From positions 62,001-126,000 of IMG/VR virus record IMGVR_UViG_3300032322_002561: a stretch of DNA of 64,000 nucleotides; one strand, 5' to 3'. Below, one piece after another: positions 55,535 to 64,000 of this stretch. Position 1 is the stretch's first letter. Each line of letters begins with the position of its first letter. Under the pieces are notes generated by a model. It made no database searches and was not told the DNA's origin. It saw only the letters and a list, made by a program, of their open reading frames with translations. Position numbers and translations under genes: made by a program.

Positions 55535-56257
55535 TTACTTGCTCTGTGCAGGCAGTATGTATTCGTATACAGCAATACCAGAATCCACAGTGATCATGGC
55601 TGCACCATCATCACTAATTTGAATTTTTTTGTCGCCGGTAAGACCCATGATTGAAATAAACTGTGCGGCTGGCCAGCTCCATGCACGTTTGAGTGTGCCG
55701 CCAACGTCGTGATGAAACACAAAATTGCCTGCGTGTGTTGAATGATCACCAAAGAAAAACTTCAAGTGTCCGTCCTCGGTCTTGGCCTGAAAATGTGGCT
55801 CTTCGGCATTGGCACTGGCCTGCATCTTCAGTCGTTGTATTGCAGCCACAGTGGGCTCAAACGTGATGTGCCAGTTTACACCCTTGAACTTGGGAGTTTT
55901 TAATTTTTCATTCACAATTTCTGCTGCCATGAAACGATATGCATTCTTGAAATCTCCATGAGCATTTTCAAATGCAATGCCGTCGGGTGCACCTGTGGAC
56001 TTCTTGGTAATGCTTAATTTGGCATTCTCACGATACTCTTGCAAGTTTAACAAAATTTTTAATTTGCTGAGATTTGGCATGCCAAACGTGCCCACAAAGT
56101 CTGGCACAGGATTTTTGAATTTGGCCTGTACCACAACGCTGAGGTCCTCGCTCAGACCAGCGATTGTGGTGTTATTTTCGTCGCCACTGATCTTGACAAG
56201 ATCAATACAGCCCAAATCATAAGTGTGTTCTACTAAATCTAACAGATAGTCTTTCAT
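55535..56257 (-). CDS. Probable DNA polymerase sliding clamp (gp45-like)
   Basis: 240 aa; FGMPNLSKL and terminal YEYILPA; near the polymerase gene. Confidence 0.55.
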   Translation of the reverse strand: MKDYLLDLVEHTYDLGCIDLVKISGDENNTTIAGLSEDLSVVVQAKFKNPVPDFVGTFGMPNLSKLKILLNLQEYRENAKLSITKKSTGAPDGIAFENAHGDFKNAYRFMAAEIVNEKLKTPKFKGVNWHITFEPTVAAIQRLKMQASANAEEPHFQAKTEDGHLKFFFGDHSTHAGNFVFHHDVGGTLKRAWSWPAAQFISIMGLTGDKKIQISDDGAAMITVDSGIAVYEYILPAQSK

Positions 56258-56307
56258 GCAATATTCTCCTTGTGTGTATTTTAACAGAATTATTTAGATC
56301 GTGCAAG

Positions 56308-57246
56308 TTATTTGGCCATAATTTTGGCCAAAGTTTGCCCGCCTCGCAGACTGTGGATTTCCCCAGGACGTTGCAGTTCAATCCAGGCCACGTTGCCAGC
56401 ACCTCTATAACGATCGTTGATTTCAAACCCCAGTTGCTCGGCATGTGCCACAATTTGTCGGCCTGGTGTATAGGTCATGAAACTGCTTTCGGCCAAGGCC
56501 ACACCATGTTCATAGTCACAATCGTTTATGGTCATAAACACTACACCTCCCGGTCTAAGTTTGTACCAAAACTCCACAAGATATTGTTTGATTACTTCCA
56601 TGGGTTTGAAATTAAAATAGTTGTAGGCAAACACATAGCCAAATTGTGCGTCTGGCAATGCCGATAAAAAAGGTTGTGGCATCTGCTCGTTCACAGTATA
56701 CAGACGCAATCTGCGCTGATATTCAGGAGTAAATTTTGACACTGCTGGTTGCAACAGGTCTAAGTTTTGATCAACCACGTACAAAGGATCCAAGGGCACC
56801 AACTGTTCAATAAAGTTTTCCTGTGCAGGTCTAAATATCAAACCTGGCAATCTCCAGTCGGTGTAACGCACAATACGTCCCTGCAACCGCTCGGCACTTT
56901 CATTGTCCAAGTGCAGTTTGCGATTCAAAATATATTCATTGGTTTCGTAACACATTTCTTCCTGATACAACCTAAGACTTTCTTGCAGATAGATTGGCTC
57001 CAATGCAGATATTTTGTGTTCTAGTTCCTGTTTGATTTGATCCAAGGTTTGCTGAAAAGAATCAAATGCTCGATCAATGTTGTGTCCATCTTTGATGAGT
57101 TGATCACTTTGTGTTTGCAATTGCGATCTGTGATTTATCACTTGGTGTATCATGCCGTCAAGACGATGTCGAGCTGTGTAATGAATGTCACGCAGACTAA
57201 AACTGTCTAAGAGATTTTTATATTCAATAAGATCGCTTAGTGTCAT
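56308..57246 (-). CDS. Coiled-coil plus methyltransferase-like protein
   Basis: C-terminal QFGYVFAYNYF ... KLRPGGV. Confidence 0.6.
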   Translation of the reverse strand: MTLSDLIEYKNLLDSFSLRDIHYTARHRLDGMIHQVINHRSQLQTQSDQLIKDGHNIDRAFDSFQQTLDQIKQELEHKISALEPIYLQESLRLYQEEMCYETNEYILNRKLHLDNESAERLQGRIVRYTDWRLPGLIFRPAQENFIEQLVPLDPLYVVDQNLDLLQPAVSKFTPEYQRRLRLYTVNEQMPQPFLSALPDAQFGYVFAYNYFNFKPMEVIKQYLVEFWYKLRPGGVVFMTINDCDYEHGVALAESSFMTYTPGRQIVAHAEQLGFEINDRYRGAGNVAWIELQRPGEIHSLRGGQTLAKIMAK

Positions 57247-59903
57247 GAAAAATCAAACAGGCTTTGAAAAGTTGTTTCTGTGTTGGTGGCAGCGCTCAGG
57301 TCCCAACCCAGCACGCCCAGCAAGTTGTCAATCTTTTGATCTACCACGGTCTGTTCCATTTCTGCATCGTCAAACGGCAGTTCTTTGAACCAGGCCGGCA
57401 GGTTAATTTCATCTGTGGGATAACCAATCGAAGTCCAACCCAAGGGATTGCTCTTTAACTTGCATACGATAGTTTTCATGCCATCTACAATCTGCATGCT
57501 ATACTTGTCTGAGTTCATCCTGCGCAGGTTGTTCCAGTTCATGGCCGCACGCACATGTCCAGGCATGTTGGCTTTGCCCAGGCGTTCTTCTTCGCGTGCA
57601 TACTTGGTCAAGTTGTTTACACGCTTGGGTGACCCTTTTTCCCAGCCCGGTCTGTCCTTGAACTGATACTTGAATTCACGAATTTTTTCTACTACCTGTT
57701 CACGTGTTTTTCCTGTGAGTACGTCGTTGAGGATTTCGCTCAAGAAGTCTTGGATGACCTTGGGTGTGTCACTACGCTTCAAATCCAGGCCCATGGCCTT
57801 GACCCGACCTGGCTCGCCATGTGTGTCCACACGCTTGTTCTCTTTGTCATAGTACATGACAGCATAACGCTTCTTGGTGATAAACAAGCCTTTTGATGCT
57901 ACAATTTCGCGACCGCCCTTGATGACTGACCCCATGTCTCTGGGGCAGTGAAATGCCTGTTCCATGAATCCTGGAAAACTTTCATTGACCTGATCAGCAA
58001 TACTGTTGTACAGTTGCACAGCCATGTCACGATTCCAGGTCATGTTGCCAGCCTCAATCTCTGATTTCAATGCTGGATAGGCCGAAAAATAACACGAGTC
58101 TGTGTCACCATAGATAATGGCTTCACCCACATGATCATATGATCCTGTAATACATTCGTTGACGTAAGCATCCATGTGGCGTGCAATGGCACGACCTGTC
58201 AAGGTAGTTGATTGACCAATGCGTTTGTCAAAGAATCTGCAACCTGGATTCAGGATAGCACCATACAGGCTGTTCAAGTTAATCTTCTTGACCAACTGAC
58301 GCTTGTCCCAGTATTCTTCATCCTCGGGCGTGGTCGATTCTTTGAGCCGGGCCTGCATTTCTTTGCGTTCAGCATACCAACGTTTCAACAATCCTGGGAT
58401 AACCGCTTCGCGTTCATATGTAAAGATAGTGCCATTGGCCGTGATCATCCAGGGTTGATTGCTATCAAAAATCATCTTCCATACTTCGGCAGCACTGTGT
58501 ACACTTTCTTCTCCGTCCTGCCAGTCAATGGTGATCTCTGTGCCTCGCTGTTGTTCCATCACAGCAGTATACTCTAAACTGCCAAACAGTCCTTCCCAGG
58601 CAGCCGCAAAACTGCTACCACTGCGAATCTTTTCGCTAATGTAGCGTTCGGTCATCACAGGGCGCAGTTGTCCCACAATGGTCTCGGGTCCCATGTTAAG
58701 TGCTCGAATGGCACTGGGATATAGACTGTTGATGTCTATTGATCCCACGTATTCATGTATGCCCTTGCGTGGATAGGCCACATAAGCACCAGCGGCCTGT
58801 GTGTCCTCATCCGAATAACGTTCTTTGCGATTGGGCACTACCAGCCCACGTTCGTGTGCTTCGTTGATGATGGCCTGTTCGGTCACAGCCACAGCACCCA
58901 TGGTGGTCTGTAGCAACACTGTGTTCTCATGTGCCAGGGTATTGGCCAAGTCCAAGAATTTCAGCTTCTTGTCCAACTGTGCAAGTCCGTTGACGTCTTG
59001 TCGGTTATACTCGATAAAGCGTTTGAAGTTCTGATTGTATAACTGATCTAGTGTGCCTTCGAACTTGGTCTTGCCTTCAAGTCCTTCGTATTCAAGAATA
59101 GCATCCAAGCTGTAACTATGCCGCTCTTCGTATGTGTACTTGCGATACAGTTGCATATAGTCCATGTGTACACGACCAATCAAGTCATAGGTTTGACTCT
59201 CATGGCCAAAACGTTCAAAGGTCCTGCCCTTGGGATATTGATTCCACAGGCAGAATCTGCGTGTGTCATCTTTGCTGAGTACTCGGGTCACACGATTTAC
59301 TGTGTAAGGGATATCATAGCCCTCCGAATTCCAACCTGACACGGCATCGGCATCTTCTATGAGATCCAGAAATGTGTTCAGCATGTCTTCCTCACGCTCA
59401 AACAACAAGGTGTCCTCAAACTCGGCACAAATTTCTTGCGCAGTTTCCCAGCTCATGTGCTTGGGTGGTACCACAAGCGTGATCAATCTATCCACCCAAC
59501 CTAGATAAACACTTATGGCTGTGATGGGATTGAATGGATCTTCGGGTGGACTGAATCCACGGTCACTGTCAAAGTCTACTTCGATGTCAAAGAACGCAAC
59601 ATTTAGTCTAGGAGCATCTTGTCCTTTGTAGTTTTCTTCCAAGCAACGGAATATGGGATTGATATCTGACTCATACAGTTGCTTGCCGCTCTGTATGCGA
59701 ATCTCTTTGCGGAACTCTTTGTTGTTGCGTGTGCTGAACCTTGACACCGGAGTGCCATAGATTGATGTAAATTTACCGCGGGGATCATCATAATAGAACA
59801 CATAGTTAGCAGCATATTCTTGATAGCGTCGTTCGCCATCCTTGCGTTCAACTACATGTATGCGATCGTGTTCACGATCAAAAAGTGCGTCTACATAACT
59901 CAA
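57243..59903 (-). CDS. Family B DNA polymerase (T4 gp43-like)
   Basis: Exo DIEVD, GWNSEGYDIPY; Pol DINSLYPS, KINLNSLYG, YGDTDS, KKRY; TTG start. Confidence 0.97.
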   Translation of the reverse strand: MSYVDALFDREHDRIHVVERKDGERRYQEYAANYVFYYDDPRGKFTSIYGTPVSRFSTRNNKEFRKEIRIQSGKQLYESDINPIFRCLEENYKGQDAPRLNVAFFDIEVDFDSDRGFSPPEDPFNPITAISVYLGWVDRLITLVVPPKHMSWETAQEICAEFEDTLLFEREEDMLNTFLDLIEDADAVSGWNSEGYDIPYTVNRVTRVLSKDDTRRFCLWNQYPKGRTFERFGHESQTYDLIGRVHMDYMQLYRKYTYEERHSYSLDAILEYEGLEGKTKFEGTLDQLYNQNFKRFIEYNRQDVNGLAQLDKKLKFLDLANTLAHENTVLLQTTMGAVAVTEQAIINEAHERGLVVPNRKERYSDEDTQAAGAYVAYPRKGIHEYVGSIDINSLYPSAIRALNMGPETIVGQLRPVMTERYISEKIRSGSSFAAAWEGLFGSLEYTAVMEQQRGTEITIDWQDGEESVHSAAEVWKMIFDSNQPWMITANGTIFTYEREAVIPGLLKRWYAERKEMQARLKESTTPEDEEYWDKRQLVKKINLNSLYGAILNPGCRFFDKRIGQSTTLTGRAIARHMDAYVNECITGSYDHVGEAIIYGDTDSCYFSAYPALKSEIEAGNMTWNRDMAVQLYNSIADQVNESFPGFMEQAFHCPRDMGSVIKGGREIVASKGLFITKKRYAVMYYDKENKRVDTHGEPGRVKAMGLDLKRSDTPKVIQDFLSEILNDVLTGKTREQVVEKIREFKYQFKDRPGWEKGSPKRVNNLTKYAREEERLGKANMPGHVRAAMNWNNLRRMNSDKYSMQIVDGMKTIVCKLKSNPLGWTSIGYPTDEINLPAWFKELPFDDAEMEQTVVDQKIDNLLGVLGWDLSAATNTETTFQSLFDFS

Positions 59904-59909
59904 ATTTTT

Positions 59910-59975
59910 CTCCAGTTATGGCTGGTCTGCCATGATTCATGTTGCTTACGGCAACGACTCGCTGTTGTAAAACAG
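59910..59975 (-). promoter_or_regulatory. Structured leader of the polymerase gene (putative translational operator)
   Basis: Two hairpins plus an H-type pseudoknot that includes the RBS. Confidence 0.5.
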
Positions 59976-59978
59976 TAC

Positions 59979-60239
59979 TTATAAGGTTTTGCCTACCGTG
60001 GTAAGAATTGTTTCTAAAAGTTCGTGATCTTGTTGTTCTTGACCAAAGCTGGCTTTATGTGCTAGACGAATGGCTTTTTTTAAAATACTGGGTTTGATTT
60101 CTAATTCTTCGGCCACGGCTTTGATAGTGTCACTCAAGCCCTCGTTTAAGGTTTCAACCTCGTGCATGACCTGCATGCCTTCGTTGATGATCTGTGTGAG
60201 TTTGAGTTTTTGTTCAGCTGAAAAAGTTTTGGTGTCCAT
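59979..60239 (-). CDS. Small DNA-binding protein, T4 DsbA/GapR-like
   Basis: 86 aa helical; IKAVAEELEIKPSILKKAIRLAHK. Confidence 0.55.
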   Translation of the reverse strand: MDTKTFSAEQKLKLTQIINEGMQVMHEVETLNEGLSDTIKAVAEELEIKPSILKKAIRLAHKASFGQEQQDHELLETILTTVGKTL

Positions 60240-60295
60240 GTTTTCTCCTGGTAATGTCTTATTATAAACAAAATTATTTAGAAGTCAATGATATT

Positions 60296-60385
60296 GCTCA
60301 CTTTTGGCAAACTGGGTAGCGAATCCGTTTGTCAGGCCAGCAGCCGGCCACACACTGCGGTAACAAGTACCGGTCCTAAGGTGTG
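60296..60385 (-). ncRNA. Unassigned structured RNA candidate
   Basis: Three stems plus a 3' pseudoknot. Confidence 0.5.
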
Positions 60386-60660
60386 TTCTTTTTCTTTGGA
60401 GCGGCGCCCAGCGCCTGTTGTATTCTTTTTTCTAGAGCAGCACGCTCACCGGCAGTTGGAGCCCCTGCTGGAGCAGCCGGCGCCACTTGTGAAACATCAA
60501 CTGTGGGTGTATCTGTTTTGGTCACCGCCGGGGTTGTCACAGTCTGCGGATATTTGGCTCGAAGTTCGGCCTTGGTGTACAACTTGCCTGTTTCAGGATT
60601 GGTCACCGAAGAATAGGTTGAAGTTGCTCCTGTTGTTTCAAACAATTCAGACAGCAACAT
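60376..60660 (-). CDS. Hypothetical low-complexity protein (possible virion internal protein)
   Basis: MLLSELFE N-terminus; Thr/Ala/Pro-rich. Confidence 0.6.
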   Translation of the reverse strand: MLLSELFETTGATSTYSSVTNPETGKLYTKAELRAKYPQTVTTPAVTKTDTPTVDVSQVAPAAPAGAPTAGERAALEKRIQQALGAAPKKKNTP

Positions 60661-60661
60661 A

Positions 60662-61357
60662 TCAACGTTCTTCTATGTAGTCTTGACTTTGATCTTGTCG
60701 TTTTTGACGTGCTTGATATAATTTTACAGCCATGTCAGCTTGGTCAAGATCTTGGAAACGTGTTGGTAAGCGTTTGTCACCACGACGCAGTTCAAATCCA
60801 TCACGTTCGTTACCCCAACATTCCACACACGAACCATCCTCCATGGTATATGATTTAATGCATGCACCTTCGGGCAAAGTGGGATTGATCACAGGTGCAG
60901 GGACAGGTTCGGCTATGTCACCTACTTCTGTGGTGGTGGGATCTTCACTAACATCCTCTTCCTCGTGATGTTTTTGTTGGCCAGCCTTGGCAGGATTTTC
61001 GTCTTCAATTTCATCCTTGGCTTTGTCTTTGAGATCTTTGTCAACTCGGATCTTTTGTTCTAGTTTGTCTAGATAAGTGGTCAGGTCTTTTTTGACCTTG
61101 CTGAGCATGTCTTCTTCTACTTCTTGCATGGCTTCAGCCAATGCACTTTCGCTAGTGCCCACAGCCATGCCCTTCATGGGGTGTTGGGGATCAGTTTTGG
61201 CGCCTAGAGCATGTATGGTTTTGGGGCGAAACAAAGCTGGCAATTGTTTGGCATCTTTTTGCTGTGGGTCAAGACCCTTGCCCTTGGGAGAGACTGGCAC
61301 TAGCTTGCGTTCAATGGCGTCTAATCGTTCTAAGATATCGTGTATGTTGTTGCTCAT
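60662..61357 (-). CDS. Hypothetical acidic protein
   Basis: 231 aa. Confidence 0.7.
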   Translation of the reverse strand: MSNNIHDILERLDAIERKLVPVSPKGKGLDPQQKDAKQLPALFRPKTIHALGAKTDPQHPMKGMAVGTSESALAEAMQEVEEDMLSKVKKDLTTYLDKLEQKIRVDKDLKDKAKDEIEDENPAKAGQQKHHEEEDVSEDPTTTEVGDIAEPVPAPVINPTLPEGACIKSYTMEDGSCVECWGNERDGFELRRGDKRLPTRFQDLDQADMAVKLYQARQKRQDQSQDYIEER

Positions 61358-61797
61358 GCTCTAGCGTCTTTCAAAAATGATCTCAACATCCAACGATGTT
61401 TGCCCATGGCGTCAATACGCCCGGCTAAGAAGTCCATGAGACCTTGTTGGTTTTCTTGTTCTGCTGATTCAAATGTCTGATTCAACAGTACAATCATTTT
61501 TTCGCTATCTGAGTATAGCTCCTCGATCATCAATCGAGCACGTGGGACCTTGGTCTGTCCCTGAATCTGGCTGAGTTCGCCGAATCGTTCAAAACTGCCT
61601 GGTGTGTAATCGTCTAGAATACGAATAAATTCTGCTGTTTGATCTATGCTGTTTTCATAAACTTCTTCATAGATTTTACCAAAAAATTTGTGCAACTGCG
61701 CAAAGTCTGGACCTTCAACATTCCAATGAAAGAACTGTGCTTTCACTACAAAAGCATACTGTGTTGCCAGCAATGTTTTCAAGTCATCGACTACCAC
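61354..61797 (-). CDS. dps: Dps/ferritin-like DNA protection protein
   Basis: FHWNVEGPDFAQLH, D..AE.IR, K..WML. Confidence 0.92.
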   Translation of the reverse strand: MVVDDLKTLLATQYAFVVKAQFFHWNVEGPDFAQLHKFFGKIYEEVYENSIDQTAEFIRILDDYTPGSFERFGELSQIQGQTKVPRARLMIEELYSDSEKMIVLLNQTFESAEQENQQGLMDFLAGRIDAMGKHRWMLRSFLKDARA

Positions 61798-61972
61798 GGC
61801 GTTTTCCTTTAAGCTTTTTCATCCACTCCGGTGTGTTAGGAGAAAGATCGTTAGTGTATTTACCACCCAGCAAAGAACCGCCACGTGTTTGGACAGAGCC
61901 CAGGGGCATGCTAACTGTGGCAATGCTACCACTGGTGGTGCCGGTGCTTTCCATGATTTCACGTATTTTCAT
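61784..61972 (-). CDS. Hypothetical protein
   Basis: MKIREIME N-terminus. Confidence 0.6.
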   Translation of the reverse strand: MKIREIMESTGTTSGSIATVSMPLGSVQTRGGSLLGGKYTNDLSPNTPEWMKKLKGKRRGSR

Positions 61973-62253
61973 TATAGTACTACCAATTCGCCCAGATGAT
62001 TCACTGTGGCATCTCCGTATTCTACACGATAATTTTCAACCTGTAGACTGGCCTGGCGATCCAACAGTTCATATCGTATTGTGTACTTACCGGGCCAGGC
62101 TTCAATTTGAAAGCTCTCTTGCAGATAGACATTTTGCCAGGTCCAGGTGCGCTCGGTAAACAATTCGTCATCAACGAATGCACGGTACTGTGGCGGTGTC
62201 ACAGTCCAGGCACAGTGTACATCGCAAACTATCTTGACGAACTTTTTTGTCAT
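61972..62253 (-). CDS. Hypothetical protein
   Basis: TAAATA-N5-ATG start. Confidence 0.65.
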   Translation of the reverse strand: MTKKFVKIVCDVHCAWTVTPPQYRAFVDDELFTERTWTWQNVYLQESFQIEAWPGKYTIRYELLDRQASLQVENYRVEYGDATVNHLGELVVL

Positions 62254-62291
62254 AAACCTATTTATCATAATCTTAGCCTATAAATATGGCT

Positions 62292-63344
62292 ATGTTAAAG
62301 CTGGCTGATATACGTCGAGTACACGTAGAACTTACAACTCGTTGCAATGCTCGCTGTCCCATGTGTCCTAGAAACTATCGAGGATTTGATTATAATTCTG
62401 GATATCCTATAACCGAATTGAGTCTTGCACAATTCAGACACATTTTCCCCGCTAGTTTTCTTGAACAGTTGAGACCGCCACCGTTTCCCAACGATGGGTT
62501 CGCGCACAAACACATGAAATTTTACGGTGTATTGTTCAACGGGAATCTAGGCGATTTTGCATTGGCCAAAGATGGTGTAGAAATCGTGGAATATCTAGTC
62601 AGTCACGGAGTTCCGGTCAAAATCAGCACCAATGGCAGCATGCGATCTAGATCCTGGTGGAGTCGCCTGGCTCTACCAGATGTCACAATTGGATTTGCCT
62701 TGGATGGCTTGGCAGACACGCACAATTTGTATAGACAGGACACTAACTGGCACACAGTCATTGACAATGCCATGGGTTTTATTGGCGCCGGTGGCCAAGC
62801 CATATGGCGCTTTATTCCTTTTGAACACAACCAACATCAAGAACAACAATGTAAAGAACTAGCCAAAGAACTAGGCTTTGCAAAATTTGACAACATAGGT
62901 GACGGTCGCAACAATTCTCCGGTGTTTACTAGAACTGGAGAATACAGTCATCAAATTGGACATGATCCTAGACCTGCAAATCATGTGCCCAATGTTCACG
63001 TCTTGCTGGACAATCATAAGTCTTGGTTCAATCATCGCACTATTCGAATTGAAAAAGACGAACCCAATCTGCGACTCATATGCGAGCACAAGCGACAAGA
63101 AGAAATATACGTGGCCGCAGACGGCAGTGTGTATCCTTGTTGTTTTTTAGGATACTATCCAGCCACTATGAATCACCCCGGTAACGAGCAGTTGAAAGAA
63201 ATGGTACATGAAAATAATGCCTTGCAATATGATTTGGCACACTGCATGAACTGGTTTGAAAAAATTGAACAATCATGGAAACAGGCCAGCATAGCTGAGG
63301 GAAGATTATATCAGTGTGTGAACACTTGTGGAGGACGATCTTGA
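62292..63344 (+). CDS. Radical SAM/SPASM-twitch domain protein
   Basis: [17 protein letters not shown]...[11 protein letters not shown]. Confidence 0.88.
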   Translation: MLKLADIRRVHVELTTRCNARCPMCPRNYRGFDYNSGYPITELSLAQFRHIFPASFLEQLRPPPFPNDGFAHKHMKFYGVLFNGNLGDFALAKDGVEIVEYLVSHGVPVKISTNGSMRSRSWWSRLALPDVTIGFALDGLADTHNLYRQDTNWHTVIDNAMGFIGAGGQAIWRFIPFEHNQHQEQQCKELAKELGFAKFDNIGDGRNNSPVFTRTGEYSHQIGHDPRPANHVPNVHVLLDNHKSWFNHRTIRIEKDEPNLRLICEHKRQEEIYVAADGSVYPCCFLGYYPATMNHPGNEQLKEMVHENNALQYDLAHCMNWFEKIEQSWKQASIAEGRLYQCVNTCGGRS

Positions 63345-63952
63345 ATTTGCAGTTGCAGAGATTGTTCAGTTTGGCCTATACTCCTGAACAACAGGCTAGA
63401 GAGGACCGTGCCGCCAGTAGCATAGCACACACTCAAAAGTTGCGTGATGAATTACCCATGCTGTTTGCTCGGCACGGCATTGTGTCCATGTTTGATGCAG
63501 GCTGTAATGATTGTTCTTGGAGCAGTAGACTTGCCAACACAATTGAATATCATGGTGGTGATATCAGCCTGGCCATGGTGGCACGAGTTTGGCGCGAGCA
63601 TCCTGAACTTGATGTGGTCTTACATGACGTGACCACAGATGCCTTGCCCATGGTACATGTGTTGTTTGTGCGAGATGTAGCCATACATCTAAACAACCAA
63701 GACAAACTGCGCCTGTTACGTAACTGGTTGCTGAGTCAGATACCCTGGTTGATGATCACGCAGGACTATCATGAAACTTGCAATCGTGATTTTGACTATG
63801 ATAAAGTAGATTTTCCCTTGGGCTGGGTAAACTGGAGCCTGGATCCTTGGAATTTTCCTGAGCCCATGGATAGTATCTATGAATTCAATAACAATCAATC
63901 TGGTAGATGCATGGCTCTATGGCATCGTGATCAAATCCGGGGCATGCTATGA
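63314..63952 (+). CDS. Class I methyltransferase-like protein
   Basis: FDAGCND, GGDIS, RDVAIHL; start may be TTG at 63341. Confidence 0.7.
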   Translation: MCEHLWRTILNLQLQRLFSLAYTPEQQAREDRAASSIAHTQKLRDELPMLFARHGIVSMFDAGCNDCSWSSRLANTIEYHGGDISLAMVARVWREHPELDVVLHDVTTDALPMVHVLFVRDVAIHLNNQDKLRLLRNWLLSQIPWLMITQDYHETCNRDFDYDKVDFPLGWVNWSLDPWNFPEPMDSIYEFNNNQSGRCMALWHRDQIRGML

Positions 63953-64000
63953 GTGTGGCTCGTGTGTTGTTTTTGGCTAGATATCGTGTGCCACATGCGT

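Noticed and set aside
57243-59903. Intein or intron in the DNA polymerase
   Set aside because: Uninterrupted 886 aa with normally spaced motifs
1-64000. CRISPR array, transposase or integrase
   Set aside because: No regularly spaced repeats or recognisable mobile-element motifs seen
1-64000. Stop-codon reassignment
   Set aside because: Core genes are full length in code 11, TAA, TAG and TGA all end genes, and there is no suppressor tRNA

Overview
This window is a 64 kb internal segment of a large, T4-related tailed dsDNA phage. It uses the standard genetic code, most genes are on the minus strand, and no capsid or tail genes are recognisable. Host-derived genes (pstS, TorF-type porin, rubrerythrin, tmRNA tag) suggest a proteobacterial, probably betaproteobacterial, host (inference). 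Contents: (1) replication and nucleotide genes: family B DNA polymerase, probable sliding clamp, RNase H-type nuclease, ThyX; (2) a 7-deazaguanine DNA-modification region (folE, queD, queE, DpdA/TGT-like, DpdL-like, no queC) interleaved with glycosyltransferases, GalE, MetK and B12-radical SAM enzymes; (3) a Pho-box-controlled phosphate module, pstS plus a PlcP/Agt-like lipid-remodelling pair; (4) an AAA ATPase and a metallopeptidase-vWA gene bracketing an array of small paralogs with a shared C-terminal motif; (5) 11 tRNAs, a circularly permuted two-piece tmRNA and several unassigned structured RNA candidates; (6) rpoZ, Dps and many sugar-modifying enzymes. All assignments come from motif recognition by eye; no database searches were run.
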